20,000 nt of DNA from an uncultured virus (IMG/VR IMGVR_UViG_3300037961_004118) (Duplodnaviria > Heunggongvirae > Uroviricota > Caudoviricetes > Kyanoviridae). Under the pieces are notes generated by a model. That model was not told the DNA's origin, ran no database searches, and was given only the letters and a program-made list of their open reading frames with translations. The stretch's first letter is position 1; every line of letters begins with the position of its first letter. A program made the position numbers and the translations under genes. This document shows positions 1 to 7,467 of this stretch, in pieces. The stretch lies in IMG/VR virus record IMGVR_UViG_3300037961_004118; one strand, 5' to 3'.

Positions 1-1
1 C

Positions 2-1234
2 TTGGGTTTCATCGGCGGTGGTTGTAATAGAACTGCTGATGGTGGTGCTGATACAGTAGGTTGGTATCCTATGTTTGGTGTTACACATTGTACACCTGAG
101 GAATTGGATGAGATTAATAGGATACGTGGGCAAGGTAGAGGAAGTTGCGGCAACAATAGCAGTGGTGGAAACCTGATTGATAACATCATCAATCAAGCAG
201 ATCCATACATGTCTGTTGCAAAAACTTGGGTCAATGGTGCATACGATCATTTTGTTGGTACACCTGGTCGTCAAGCGAAACTTTCTAGATCACCTAACGG
301 AACTATGCACACTTCCGTTAAGTTGAACAACTACGAATATGGTAAGTATGTTGCGGAGAAAGAGATTCGTAACACAAACAACGAACTCACAGAGGATGAA
401 ATCCAACAAAGAGCAGAGCAAGCGGGTAGAGAAGCTGCGAACAATCAATCAGAAACTGGCAACTTAGTTGCTGATCACTCTAGTTATGCAGGTAATTACA
501 CATGTGAAGTACATGGTGATGATTGCAGACAGATTGATGGCGATCATGTTGTAAACGTTGAAGGTGATTATTTCCTGAAAGTCACTGGTAACATGCATAT
601 TGAGTGTGGTGGTGGATTCTTCTTCGGTGCTGAGGGTGCTCCTAAATCTGCTGACAAAAATGGTAATGACCAAGACACTGATGTTCAAAAGCATACACTT
701 CGCTTTGGTTCTGACGTTGATGTTAACGTAGTTGGTGCAAAGTTTGCACTTCAAGGTTCTGAAATGGAACTTGCTGCTCAGTCACATAAAATTGTTGGTG
801 GTAGTTATGATAATGGTTGTTCTAACATTTCATTAGGTGCAGGTGGTGACCTCATCCTTTCTGCAACAAATAGTGTTAGTATTGTAACGACAGTTCTGAA
901 TGAAACTATCAACATGACTAGTGCTGTTCCTGCTCTTAAGTCTGGTATCTTTAGACAGATCAGAGGTTCTGAAGAATCATTCTTGATTGCTGGTGGTGGT
1001 GCTAGTGATAATCCTCCTAGATATACCATTGCTAACCCCTCTGGTGCATATACAAACACTCAAGGACTTGGGTGGACTACTACAACCGCAGCAGGTGCTG
1101 CAACTCTTACAGCAGGTGCTGGTCTAGTTGCTATTACTGCTGGTGCCGCATGTACTATCAAAGCTGCCGCTGCCATTGGTATCACTGCTGAAGCAAATGT
1201 AACAGTTGTCGGTGCTTCTATTTTCCTAAATTAA
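2..1234 (+). CDS. gp5: Baseplate hub / central spike protein gp5, C-terminal part (5' truncated by window edge)
   Basis: The frame is open from the window start. It has 8-residue VxGxxxxx beta-helix repeats (VHGDDCRQ IDGDHVVN VEGDYFLK VTGNMHIE) and a small-residue beta-rich tail ending GASIFLN, typical of T4-like gp5 C-termini. Confidence 0.75.
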   Translation: MGFIGGGCNRTADGGADTVGWYPMFGVTHCTPEELDEINRIRGQGRGSCGNNSSGGNLIDNIINQADPYMSVAKTWVNGAYDHFVGTPGRQAKLSRSPNGTMHTSVKLNNYEYGKYVAEKEIRNTNNELTEDEIQQRAEQAGREAANNQSETGNLVADHSSYAGNYTCEVHGDDCRQIDGDHVVNVEGDYFLKVTGNMHIECGGGFFFGAEGAPKSADKNGNDQDTDVQKHTLRFGSDVDVNVVGAKFALQGSEMELAAQSHKIVGGSYDNGCSNISLGAGGDLILSATNSVSIVTTVLNETINMTSAVPALKSGIFRQIRGSEESFLIAGGGASDNPPRYTIANPSGAYTNTQGLGWTTTTAAGAATLTAGAGLVAITAGAACTIKAAAAIGITAEANVTVVGASIFLN

Positions 1235-1237
1235 ATT

Positions 1238-1828
1238 ATGAAAACTTGGTCTATTGCTCCTCTGTTTGTGCAACCAATTGCATCAACAGAGATTGAAGAA
1301 ACATTGTGTACACAATTAAAAGAAATTTCGGAAGACGCATATTGGTTCTCCTCTGATGGAGTCGATATTACGTCTAAAGATAAACAAATTCTTGATAAAC
1401 ATAAAGATCTTCGATCTAGTATCAAAGAGATTTCTGAAGATCTTGTTACTCAACTTGGGTATGATTGTGATATTCAACTCACTACATCTTGGTTGCATAA
1501 ATTGCCACCAGGACACGAGGTTCGTGCCAAAACTATCTACAACTCTTGGTATACTGGTATGATATTCTTTGATGAATACACAGAAAAATCTGGTGATATT
1601 GAATTTTTTGTTGACCCTCAAGGTATTCATGTTGTCCCCGCTGAGTGGTCTCAATGGACAGCACCATTCATCCGTTTGTCACCTAATGCAAATCACATGA
1701 TGATGTTTCCCAGTCATGTAAAACATAGGGTTTACATGAATACTTCAGACACTGATAGATTGTGTCTTACATTTAACGTCATGCCTAAAGGACAGACGGG
1801 AAGCGACGAATCTACGTTTATTTACTGA
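1238..1828 (+). CDS. TIGR02466-like 2OG-Fe(II) oxygenase-fold protein, proximal metal ligands missing
   Basis: Family motifs are present (TTSW, NSWYTG, MMFPSHVKHRV, RLCLTFN), but the HxH position reads KTI. Confidence 0.75.
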   Translation: MKTWSIAPLFVQPIASTEIEETLCTQLKEISEDAYWFSSDGVDITSKDKQILDKHKDLRSSIKEISEDLVTQLGYDCDIQLTTSWLHKLPPGHEVRAKTIYNSWYTGMIFFDEYTEKSGDIEFFVDPQGIHVVPAEWSQWTAPFIRLSPNANHMMMFPSHVKHRVYMNTSDTDRLCLTFNVMPKGQTGSDESTFIY

Positions 1829-2430
1829 TGTGGAATGTAACTCCTATATTTGCCAAACCATTACTAAACACTTATGTAGATCTTGGTATTTGTGATGATC
1901 TAAAAAAAGTCTGTGCCCAGATGAAATGGAATGAAGACACTTGGGAGACTGGATATAAAAGTGGAGCGAGTAAAGACACTCATGTTCTGCATACTATGGA
2001 CAGATCCGTGTTGAAATACTTTGAAGATCTTTTTAATGAATGTGTGAGAAGTTATCTTGGGTATCAAAATTTTATACAGATAACAACATCTTGGTTTACT
2101 AAAACATACCCTGGTGGTTTTGCTGCAGAACATGTACATACTAATTCATGGTATAGTGCGGTGTTGTATTTTGATGAATATAATGATGACTCTTCAAAAT
2201 TAAAACTTGTCGAAACTCCTTCACCCATTCTTCCTCTGTATGATGAATATAACATATTCAATGCAGGAGCTTATATGGTTCCACCACAAAAAGGTCTGAT
2301 GGTCATGTTTCCCAGTGAAGTTCGTCACCTTGTGACACCAAATAATTCTGATCAGACTCGATATTCAATCGCTTTTAACATGATGCCCAAGGGTCCGTGT
2401 GGCAGTGGCGATTCTGCACACCACTATTGA
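1828..2430 (+). CDS. TIGR02466-like putative 2OG-Fe(II) oxygenase
   Basis: TTSW...HVHTNSWYSAVLY...MFPSEVRHLV...RYSIAFN. It overlaps the upstream paralog at TGATG. Confidence 0.85.
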   Translation: MWNVTPIFAKPLLNTYVDLGICDDLKKVCAQMKWNEDTWETGYKSGASKDTHVLHTMDRSVLKYFEDLFNECVRSYLGYQNFIQITTSWFTKTYPGGFAAEHVHTNSWYSAVLYFDEYNDDSSKLKLVETPSPILPLYDEYNIFNAGAYMVPPQKGLMVMFPSEVRHLVTPNNSDQTRYSIAFNMMPKGPCGSGDSAHHY

Positions 2431-2455
2431 CAGGGGCACCCCTCTCTGCTATACT
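2398..2455 (+). promoter_or_regulatory. Sigma70-like early promoter with upstream TGTG...CACA element
   Basis: TTGACA (2427-2432), 17 bp spacer, TG-n-TATACT (2447-2455). An imperfect palindrome TGTGGCAGTGGCGATTCTGCACA (2398-2420) ends 6 bp before the -35. Confidence 0.85.
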
Positions 2456-2478
2456 ACATAGGTACTGAAGAGACACCC

Positions 2479-2670
2479 ATGGATTCCCTGTCGCACATCT
2501 TTGTCAACTTCTCGAAGCGTAAAATGACTTTGGTTGATGATGAAGGTTATGAAAAGGATGTACAATGGAGGTTTGATGATGAGGGTGCGGAAGGATTCTC
2601 TGAAACAATCTCGGAAGTTCAAGAGATTATTGACAACAACATGATCACTTATTGCTTTGCTGTAAAATGA
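2479..2670 (+). CDS. Small acidic hypothetical phage protein
   Basis: 63-aa ORF, first after the early promoter, with an ATGA overlap to the next ORF. Confidence 0.75.
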   Translation: MDSLSHIFVNFSKRKMTLVDDEGYEKDVQWRFDDEGAEGFSETISEVQEIIDNNMITYCFAVK

Positions 2671-2885
2671 TTGGACCGATTGGTATTACGCTGCGTCAAG
2701 CAGAAGATCACTTTGATTTCATCATGGATCTAACAGAATCTCAACATGTTTGTTGGAAAATTGTTCGTCCTGATGGAAAGTCTGCAATGATGGTTCCTGT
2801 AAATGAGATCCCTCCTGTTGCAGATGAAATTCAACAGCAAGCAGAAGAATTTAGAAAAAAATTCCTGGAGGAAAATGCGACCTGA
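2667..2885 (+). CDS. Phd/YefM antitoxin-like small protein
   Basis: ATG at 2667 overlaps the upstream TGA. ITLRQAEDHFDFIMDLTESQHVCWKIVRPDGKSAMMVP follows the Phd/YefM pattern (helix-helix then I-x-R-x-G-K-x-A-hydrophobic). Confidence 0.55.
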   Translation: MIGPIGITLRQAEDHFDFIMDLTESQHVCWKIVRPDGKSAMMVPVNEIPPVADEIQQQAEEFRKKFLEENAT

Positions 2886-3048
2886 AACTCGTAAATCTAT
2901 GGAAATGCTTTGGTCAGCAAAATGGAACTTGCCAACAGCAGCAAAACATGCTAATCTTAGCAACAAGGAAATGAAAATTACTTTCAATGAGTATTGTCAT
3001 TTTCATCCCCCGTCTTATAAGGTGCCAGATGGGAGTGTGGCGGAATAG
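2875..3048 (+). CDS. Hypothetical phage protein, possibly HTH-like
   Basis: GGAGG Shine-Dalgarno just before ATG 2875. MRPETRKSMEMLWSAKWNLPTAAKHANLSNKEMK. The stop codon lies inside the tRNA-Leu gene. Confidence 0.65.
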   Translation: MRPETRKSMEMLWSAKWNLPTAAKHANLSNKEMKITFNEYCHFHPPSYKVPDGSVAE

Positions 3049-3115
3049 GTAGACGCACCAGACTTAAAATCTGTTGAGAATTAATCTCGTGGGGGTTCAA
3101 GTCCCCCCACTCCTA
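3031..3115 (+). tRNA. trnL: tRNA-Leu(TAA)
   Basis: Acceptor stem GGGAGTG/CACTCCT, anticodon arm CAGA-CTTAAAA-TCTG, long variable arm, T-arm GGGGG-TTCAAGT-CCCCC. No encoded CCA. Confidence 0.93.
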
Positions 3116-3119
3116 TATT

Positions 3120-3299
3120 ATGGACAAAGAAACCTTGATCAAGATGCTTCACCAAAACGAAAATGACTATCACGAACTTCCGATGTATGGTCTGATTGCC
3201 GATTGGTATCTTCGTTATTGGCATTTACATATTGCATTGTATCAATATCTGGAACTTGATAAAGAAGATTATTATGGTCCATGGCCCTTACGTCAATGA
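3120..3299 (+). CDS. Hypothetical 59-aa protein (MDKETLIKML...GPWPLRQ)
   Basis: Read manually (below the ORF-track cutoff). It fills the gap after tRNA-Leu and overlaps the next gene at ATGA. Confidence 0.65.
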   Translation: MDKETLIKMLHQNENDYHELPMYGLIADWYLRYWHLHIALYQYLELDKEDYYGPWPLRQ

Positions 3300-3850
3300 A
3301 TGTTCTCTTTCCCACTACATTTTTCTTAAAGTACAAAATTCCTAACTTTGTTGAACTCTTAGAGTTACATGAAAAATATGTAACTAAAGAATCTAATACA
3401 GATTTTGAATGGAACTTTTATTGTAATGTCAAAACAAGTAATATTCCTGTTGAGGAAGCACTACCTGTTATCAAACCATCCTTAGATCTTCTCTCCAAAG
3501 ATATCGGATCATTTAATTTTACAATGTTTGATCCTTGGGTAAACACCTATGGAAAAGGATCTTACCAAGAAGTTCATGATCATTCAGAAAATGATATTGC
3601 TGCCGTTTTCTTTTTGAATCAAGGTGATAACTTTGGTGAGTTCTACATCAAAGATCGAATGAGTCCATTACTAAGTGCTCGAATGAAAAAGCAACTTAAT
3701 TATATGGATTGTGTTCGGTCTTCTGATGTAAATATTCAGAAAGGTGAAGTAATTTTCTTTCCTGGACATGTACTGCATGGAGTTACACCTCATCTAAGTG
3801 ATGTAGATCGTAAAACTATTGCAGCAAATATCAATATAGTCTCGGGATGA
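3296..3850 (+). CDS. TIGR02466-like putative 2OG-Fe(II) oxygenase
   Basis: WVNTY...YQEVHDH...IFFPGHVLHGVTPH...RKTIAAN. Start placed at ATG 3296 because of the ATGA coupling. Confidence 0.85.
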   Translation: MNVLFPTTFFLKYKIPNFVELLELHEKYVTKESNTDFEWNFYCNVKTSNIPVEEALPVIKPSLDLLSKDIGSFNFTMFDPWVNTYGKGSYQEVHDHSENDIAAVFFLNQGDNFGEFYIKDRMSPLLSARMKKQLNYMDCVRSSDVNIQKGEVIFFPGHVLHGVTPHLSDVDRKTIAANINIVSG

Positions 3851-3891
3851 CTATAAACTCGCACTGGTCGGGATAATCCGTAGGACCTTCT

Positions 3892-4113
3892 ATGAATGAT
3901 GACTATATAAGAGACACGGCAAACTACAAGTTTGGTGGGTTTCCACTCTCAGCAGTAAATGTGTTGAGATTGATCAGCGAATTAGAAGGTTCTTATCAAC
4001 TACTCAAGTATTTGGGTTTCAAAGAAGATATGGACACTCTCGATGAAATTAAACAAAAGTATTACAAACTCTACTTCAAACTCAAAAAACAAGAAAAATT
4101 ACCGCCCCCGTAG
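3892..4113 (+). CDS. Hypothetical phage protein
   Basis: 73-aa ORF with AGGA upstream and a helical composition. The stop TAG lies inside the tRNA-Thr gene. Confidence 0.7.
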   Translation: MNDDYIRDTANYKFGGFPLSAVNVLRLISELEGSYQLLKYLGFKEDMDTLDEIKQKYYKLYFKLKKQEKLPPP

Positions 4114-4175
4114 CTCAGCGGTAGAGCAGGGCTTTTGTAAAGCTCAGGTCGCAAGTTCAAATCTTGTCAGGGGAA
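4104..4175 (+). tRNA. trnT: tRNA-Thr(TGT), acceptor stem imperfect and overlapping tRNA-Ala (possible pseudo-tRNA)
   Basis: D-arm GCTC/GAGC, anticodon arm GGGCT-TTTGTAA-AGCTC and T-arm GCAAG-TTCAAAT-CTTGT are intact. The acceptor stem GCCCCCG/CAGGGGA has two mismatches. Confidence 0.75.
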
Positions 4176-4242
4176 TTAGCTCAGTTGGTAGAGCGCCTGC
4201 TTTGCAAGCAGGATGTCAGGAGTTCGAGTCTCCTATTCTCCA
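4170..4242 (+). tRNA. trnA: tRNA-Ala(TGC)
   Basis: Acceptor stem GGGGAAT/ATTCTCC with the G3:U70 alanine identity pair, anticodon arm CCTGC-TTTGCAA-GCAGG, T-loop TTCGAGT. Confidence 0.95.
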
Positions 4243-4290
4243 TGGGGGAGTACAAAAGATCTGTATTTTAGAAACAGCGCCCCCTCCCAT

Positions 4291-4362
4291 TCCTCTTTAG
4301 CTCAGCGGCAGAGCAAGCGACTGTTAATCGCTCGGTCCTAGGTTCAAATCCTAGAAGGGGAG
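4291..4362 (+). tRNA. trnN: tRNA-Asn(GTT)
   Basis: Acceptor stem TCCTCTT/AAGGGGA, anticodon arm AGCGA-CTGTTAA-TCGCT, T-arm CTAGG-TTCAAAT-CCTAG. Confidence 0.95.
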
Positions 4363-4379
4363 TTACCACTATTTTCGGT

Positions 4380-4979
4380 ATGTCACAAGAACCAGTTGCA
4401 TTTACAGACAAACTTGTTTGGGAGTGTCCCACACAATTACCTCCTGGATTGATTATGTCAATGAGGAAGTATGTTCGTGGGTTGACATACGAAACTGCAA
4501 AGGTTAATAGTTCCGATCCAAAAGAAAAGGAATCAACATCAACAGGGATTCGTAAGAATGATGTTGGATGGATCCCATGGGATGAATGGATCCCAGGTAT
4601 CATACACAATTGTATGATTAGTGCTAATAATTCATACTTTAAGTATGACCTTACACACTTTGAAAGTAGGATTCAGTCTACCATTTACAATGGTGATTCA
4701 GAAGACTTCTACACTTGGCATGTAGATAATTTTTATCAGCATGATCGTCACTTAGGTGAAGAAAGAAAACTATCTTGTTCTCTTGTTCTTACAGATCCTG
4801 ACGAATATGAAGGCGGTGAGTTACAAATATGCTATTATAAGAACCGATTCTTTAATATCAAACCTAAAGCAGGAACCGCTGTTGTGTTCCCGTCTTGGGT
4901 TCCACATAGAGTCAGACCTGTGAGAAGCGGACAACGTATTTCACTGGTAGCATGGATGAAAGGTCCAATGTTCAAATGA
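4380..4979 (+). CDS. 2OG-Fe(II) oxygenase (prolyl-4-hydroxylase / PKHD-like)
   Basis: FYTWHVD...RKLSCSLVL...YEGGEL...VFPSWVPHRVRPVRSGQRISLVAW gives the complete HxD...H...RxS set. Confidence 0.92.
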   Translation: MSQEPVAFTDKLVWECPTQLPPGLIMSMRKYVRGLTYETAKVNSSDPKEKESTSTGIRKNDVGWIPWDEWIPGIIHNCMISANNSYFKYDLTHFESRIQSTIYNGDSEDFYTWHVDNFYQHDRHLGEERKLSCSLVLTDPDEYEGGELQICYYKNRFFNIKPKAGTAVVFPSWVPHRVRPVRSGQRISLVAWMKGPMFK

Positions 4980-5197
4980 AAAAAGATTATGATGGTCCAC
5001 TATATGCTGAGTGGTGGAAAGTACAAAAATTCAAGGAGACAAGCATGACTAAAAAATCAAAAACTATTGGTAGTGATACTTGGGAGTGGGAAGAAACTCC
5101 TGAAGTTCGTGCAGCAGTAGAGCGACTTCATCAAAACATTCGTGACTTGGAAAAAGACCAAGGTAAAAAGAATGGCGACTATGGTGTAGGAAAGTAA
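4976..5197 (+). CDS. Hypothetical phage protein (alternative internal start at 5045)
   Basis: ATGA overlap at 4976. A second in-frame ATG at 5045 is preceded by AAGGAG. Confidence 0.6.
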   Translation: MKKDYDGPLYAEWWKVQKFKETSMTKKSKTIGSDTWEWEETPEVRAAVERLHQNIRDLEKDQGKKNGDYGVGK

Positions 5198-5200
5198 AAC

Positions 5201-5761
5201 ATGCCACTCAACACGATTCAAACACCTGAAGATATCAAGGTAATTGATGATTTCTTGCCAGCAAATGAGTTCTCTAAACTAGAGAGCATCTTGATGGGTC
5301 GTGACTTCCCGTGGTATTTTATTGATATCATCAATTATGAATGGTCGGAAAAAGAAAAGAATGATCTAAGAAGTTTTCAATTCGTTCACTTACTCTTAGG
5401 AGTAAGTTATGAAAACTACAGCGATTACACTCGAATGATTGTTGATATGTTTGGAGATAGGTTAAATGCTTTTATGTTTATGCGAATAAAAGCAAACCTT
5501 AATATCAACTCCGACAAGATTGAAGCATATGACTGGCATACGGATTATTACTCTGATTGGTCAGAGAAAAGTAAGAGTGCAGTTTTCTATGTAAATAGTA
5601 ATGATGGTTACACTGAGTTTGAAGATGGTGTTAAAGTTGAAAGTGTAGCAAATCGCATTGCTATATTTCCAACAATGAAACTACACAGAGCAACTAACTG
5701 CACAAATTCTAAGTCAAGAGTTGTTCTAAATTTTAACTTTTTTGAGAATTCCCTGGTATGA
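5201..5761 (+). CDS. 2OG-Fe(II) oxygenase-like protein (cyanophage type)
   Basis: VIDDFL...RIKANL...WHTD...SAVFYVNSNDGYT...IFP...HRA...RVVLNFN, an HxD...H...R arrangement. Confidence 0.82.
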   Translation: MPLNTIQTPEDIKVIDDFLPANEFSKLESILMGRDFPWYFIDIINYEWSEKEKNDLRSFQFVHLLLGVSYENYSDYTRMIVDMFGDRLNAFMFMRIKANLNINSDKIEAYDWHTDYYSDWSEKSKSAVFYVNSNDGYTEFEDGVKVESVANRIAIFPTMKLHRATNCTNSKSRVVLNFNFFENSLV

Positions 5762-5982
5762 ACCTTAATGAGACACTAGACTACGACAAGCAACGGCGTT
5801 GTCGTTTGGCAGACATGTTGCTGGATTATCTCGACGACGATAAGGTTAAACCCCGAAAGTTGTATGAGGAATTGATCAGTGAAACCACTGAACTGATTGA
5901 GTATCATAAATCTAAAAAGGAGAAGTATGAGCAATTCAGAGAACTTATCCTCGGAAACAGACCCATCGACTTCAATCCCTGA
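5758..5982 (+). CDS. Hypothetical helical phage protein
   Basis: 74-aa ORF with an ATGA overlap to the upstream gene. Confidence 0.7.
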   Translation: MNLNETLDYDKQRRCRLADMLLDYLDDDKVKPRKLYEELISETTELIEYHKSKKEKYEQFRELILGNRPIDFNP

Positions 5983-6091
5983 GGAATTGCAAGAAGAATG
6001 GGAGTATTACAACGCATGTTGTGAAGCATTGGGTATACCACCCAACATCCGACGCTTTACCAGATACAATGAATTGTATCCGTATAAATAA
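5927..6091 (+). CDS. Hypothetical phage protein (MSNSENL...YPYK)
   Basis: AAGGAG precedes ATG 5927. The ORF ends within the late promoter. Confidence 0.6.
   Translation: MSNSENLSSETDPSTSIPEELQEEWEYYNACCEALGIPPNIRRFTRYNELYPYK
6083..6090 (+). promoter_or_regulatory. T4-type late promoter
   Basis: Exact TATAAATA (gp55 consensus) 27 nt before the first structural gene. Confidence 0.85.
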
Positions 6092-6117
6092 ACTTGTAGC
6101 AAATCGTGTGATTATTC

Positions 6118-7458
6118 GTGGGAACCCGTAAAATTTCTCAGTTAGATACAATCGCAGATGCGAACTTGTCGGGAGAAGCAATTCTCCCTGTTGTCGTATC
6201 TGACCCGTTGATTCCTAACAGAAAAGCAAAAGTAAATCAACTCTTTAAGGGAGTTTCACAGGGCACTAAGGCAGCGCCTGGACTTTGTTTTGACTTGGAC
6301 CGAGACACTGGATTGTACCAACTGGAATATGATCAACTGGGTCTTTCTTTTGGTGATGGTGGACTTTACCTTACTAGAAGTAATGTAAATGATACCACCA
6401 GTAATATCACACTTGGTAGTAGAGACGAAGTAAGAGAGAATGCTAACATTATTCTCTCACCAAAGGGTAGTGGTACAGTATCAATTACAGGTATCTTCTC
6501 CACTCAAGACGAAAACTTCCAACTTACTGATAATACAGCAAGTACAACTGCCAGATTTGAAGTTAGTGCTGTTGGTACTGGTGCCACTCGTGTGTTTTCC
6601 TTACCAACTGTTTCCCAGGGTTCTACAACAACATTAGTTGGTTCTGATACTACACAAGTCATTACTAACAAAACGATCAACATTGATCACGATAATCTAC
6701 AAATCGAAAACCTTATCCCAGGCACTGCTGACAAGGATAGGGCACTTTTTCAACTTAATTATACCGATTCGCAAGGTCAACTCAGGAAATTCTTCTTACC
6801 TGACGCAGGAGCGACAGTTAGTGTTGCTCAACCTACTACAACAGAGTCTACTCTGCTTGATACAAAAGCAGATCAAACTGTACTTACAAAGACATTTGTA
6901 CAACCCAAGTTTACTAGAAACGATTCTGTAGGTACTGAGTATTTCCAGTTCAATACTGATGCTCTTACAACAAATAGAATTATCACAGTTCCTGACTTGA
7001 ACTTGACTCTGGTTGGTGTGAACACTACCCAGACACTGACTGCTAAGACTATTGTCAATCTTATTCTTTCTGATAATATTGACGTTACAAAGCGAATGAC
7101 GTTTGACCTGAGTAACATCAACACTCAGACAAATAACTCCGTAGGATTCCCTGCTACAGACTCGCTAAATAATGCAGGTGCTACTAGCATCCTGGTTACT
7201 GAGAAAGCAACTCAAGATCTTTCTAACAAGACTCTTATTCGCCCTCAGATTCGTGAAGCAGCATCGGCAAGTCGATATGTAGTTATCGACACTACGAATA
7301 TTACAGCAGCAAGAACAATTAAGTTCCCAGATGCAGACGCAACTCTGCTTTCTACCGAAAACGTTACAGTTGACGATGTTAACTTTGGTGCAGGTATCGG
7401 TGCTGCTAACTTAACTGGTCGCACAAGACTTCAACAATTTTTCTACGCAGGATTCTAA
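6118..7458 (+). CDS. Virion structural / fibre-like protein with internal repeats
   Basis: GTG start, Thr-rich sequence, N-terminal RKISQL motif, about 5 repeats of R-x3-(L/V/F)P...TL(V/L)...TQ-x-(L/I)-xNKT. Lies downstream of a late promoter. Confidence 0.75.
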   Translation: MGTRKISQLDTIADANLSGEAILPVVVSDPLIPNRKAKVNQLFKGVSQGTKAAPGLCFDLDRDTGLYQLEYDQLGLSFGDGGLYLTRSNVNDTTSNITLGSRDEVRENANIILSPKGSGTVSITGIFSTQDENFQLTDNTASTTARFEVSAVGTGATRVFSLPTVSQGSTTTLVGSDTTQVITNKTINIDHDNLQIENLIPGTADKDRALFQLNYTDSQGQLRKFFLPDAGATVSVAQPTTTESTLLDTKADQTVLTKTFVQPKFTRNDSVGTEYFQFNTDALTTNRIITVPDLNLTLVGVNTTQTLTAKTIVNLILSDNIDVTKRMTFDLSNINTQTNNSVGFPATDSLNNAGATSILVTEKATQDLSNKTLIRPQIREAASASRYVVIDTTNITAARTIKFPDADATLLSTENVTVDDVNFGAGIGAANLTGRTRLQQFFYAGF

Positions 7459-7467
7459 TTTATAACA

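Noticed and set aside
2..1234. Lysozyme domain in gp5
   Set aside because: No lysozyme motif is visible in the part inside the window, and the N-terminus lies outside it.
4043..4300. 85-aa + strand ORF
   Set aside because: It runs through the tRNA-Thr and tRNA-Ala genes and is a translation of RNA genes.
5201..5761. Annotation as DNA endonuclease V
   Set aside because: The sequence shows HxD...H...R oxygenase motifs and no DenV glycosylase features that I can recognise.
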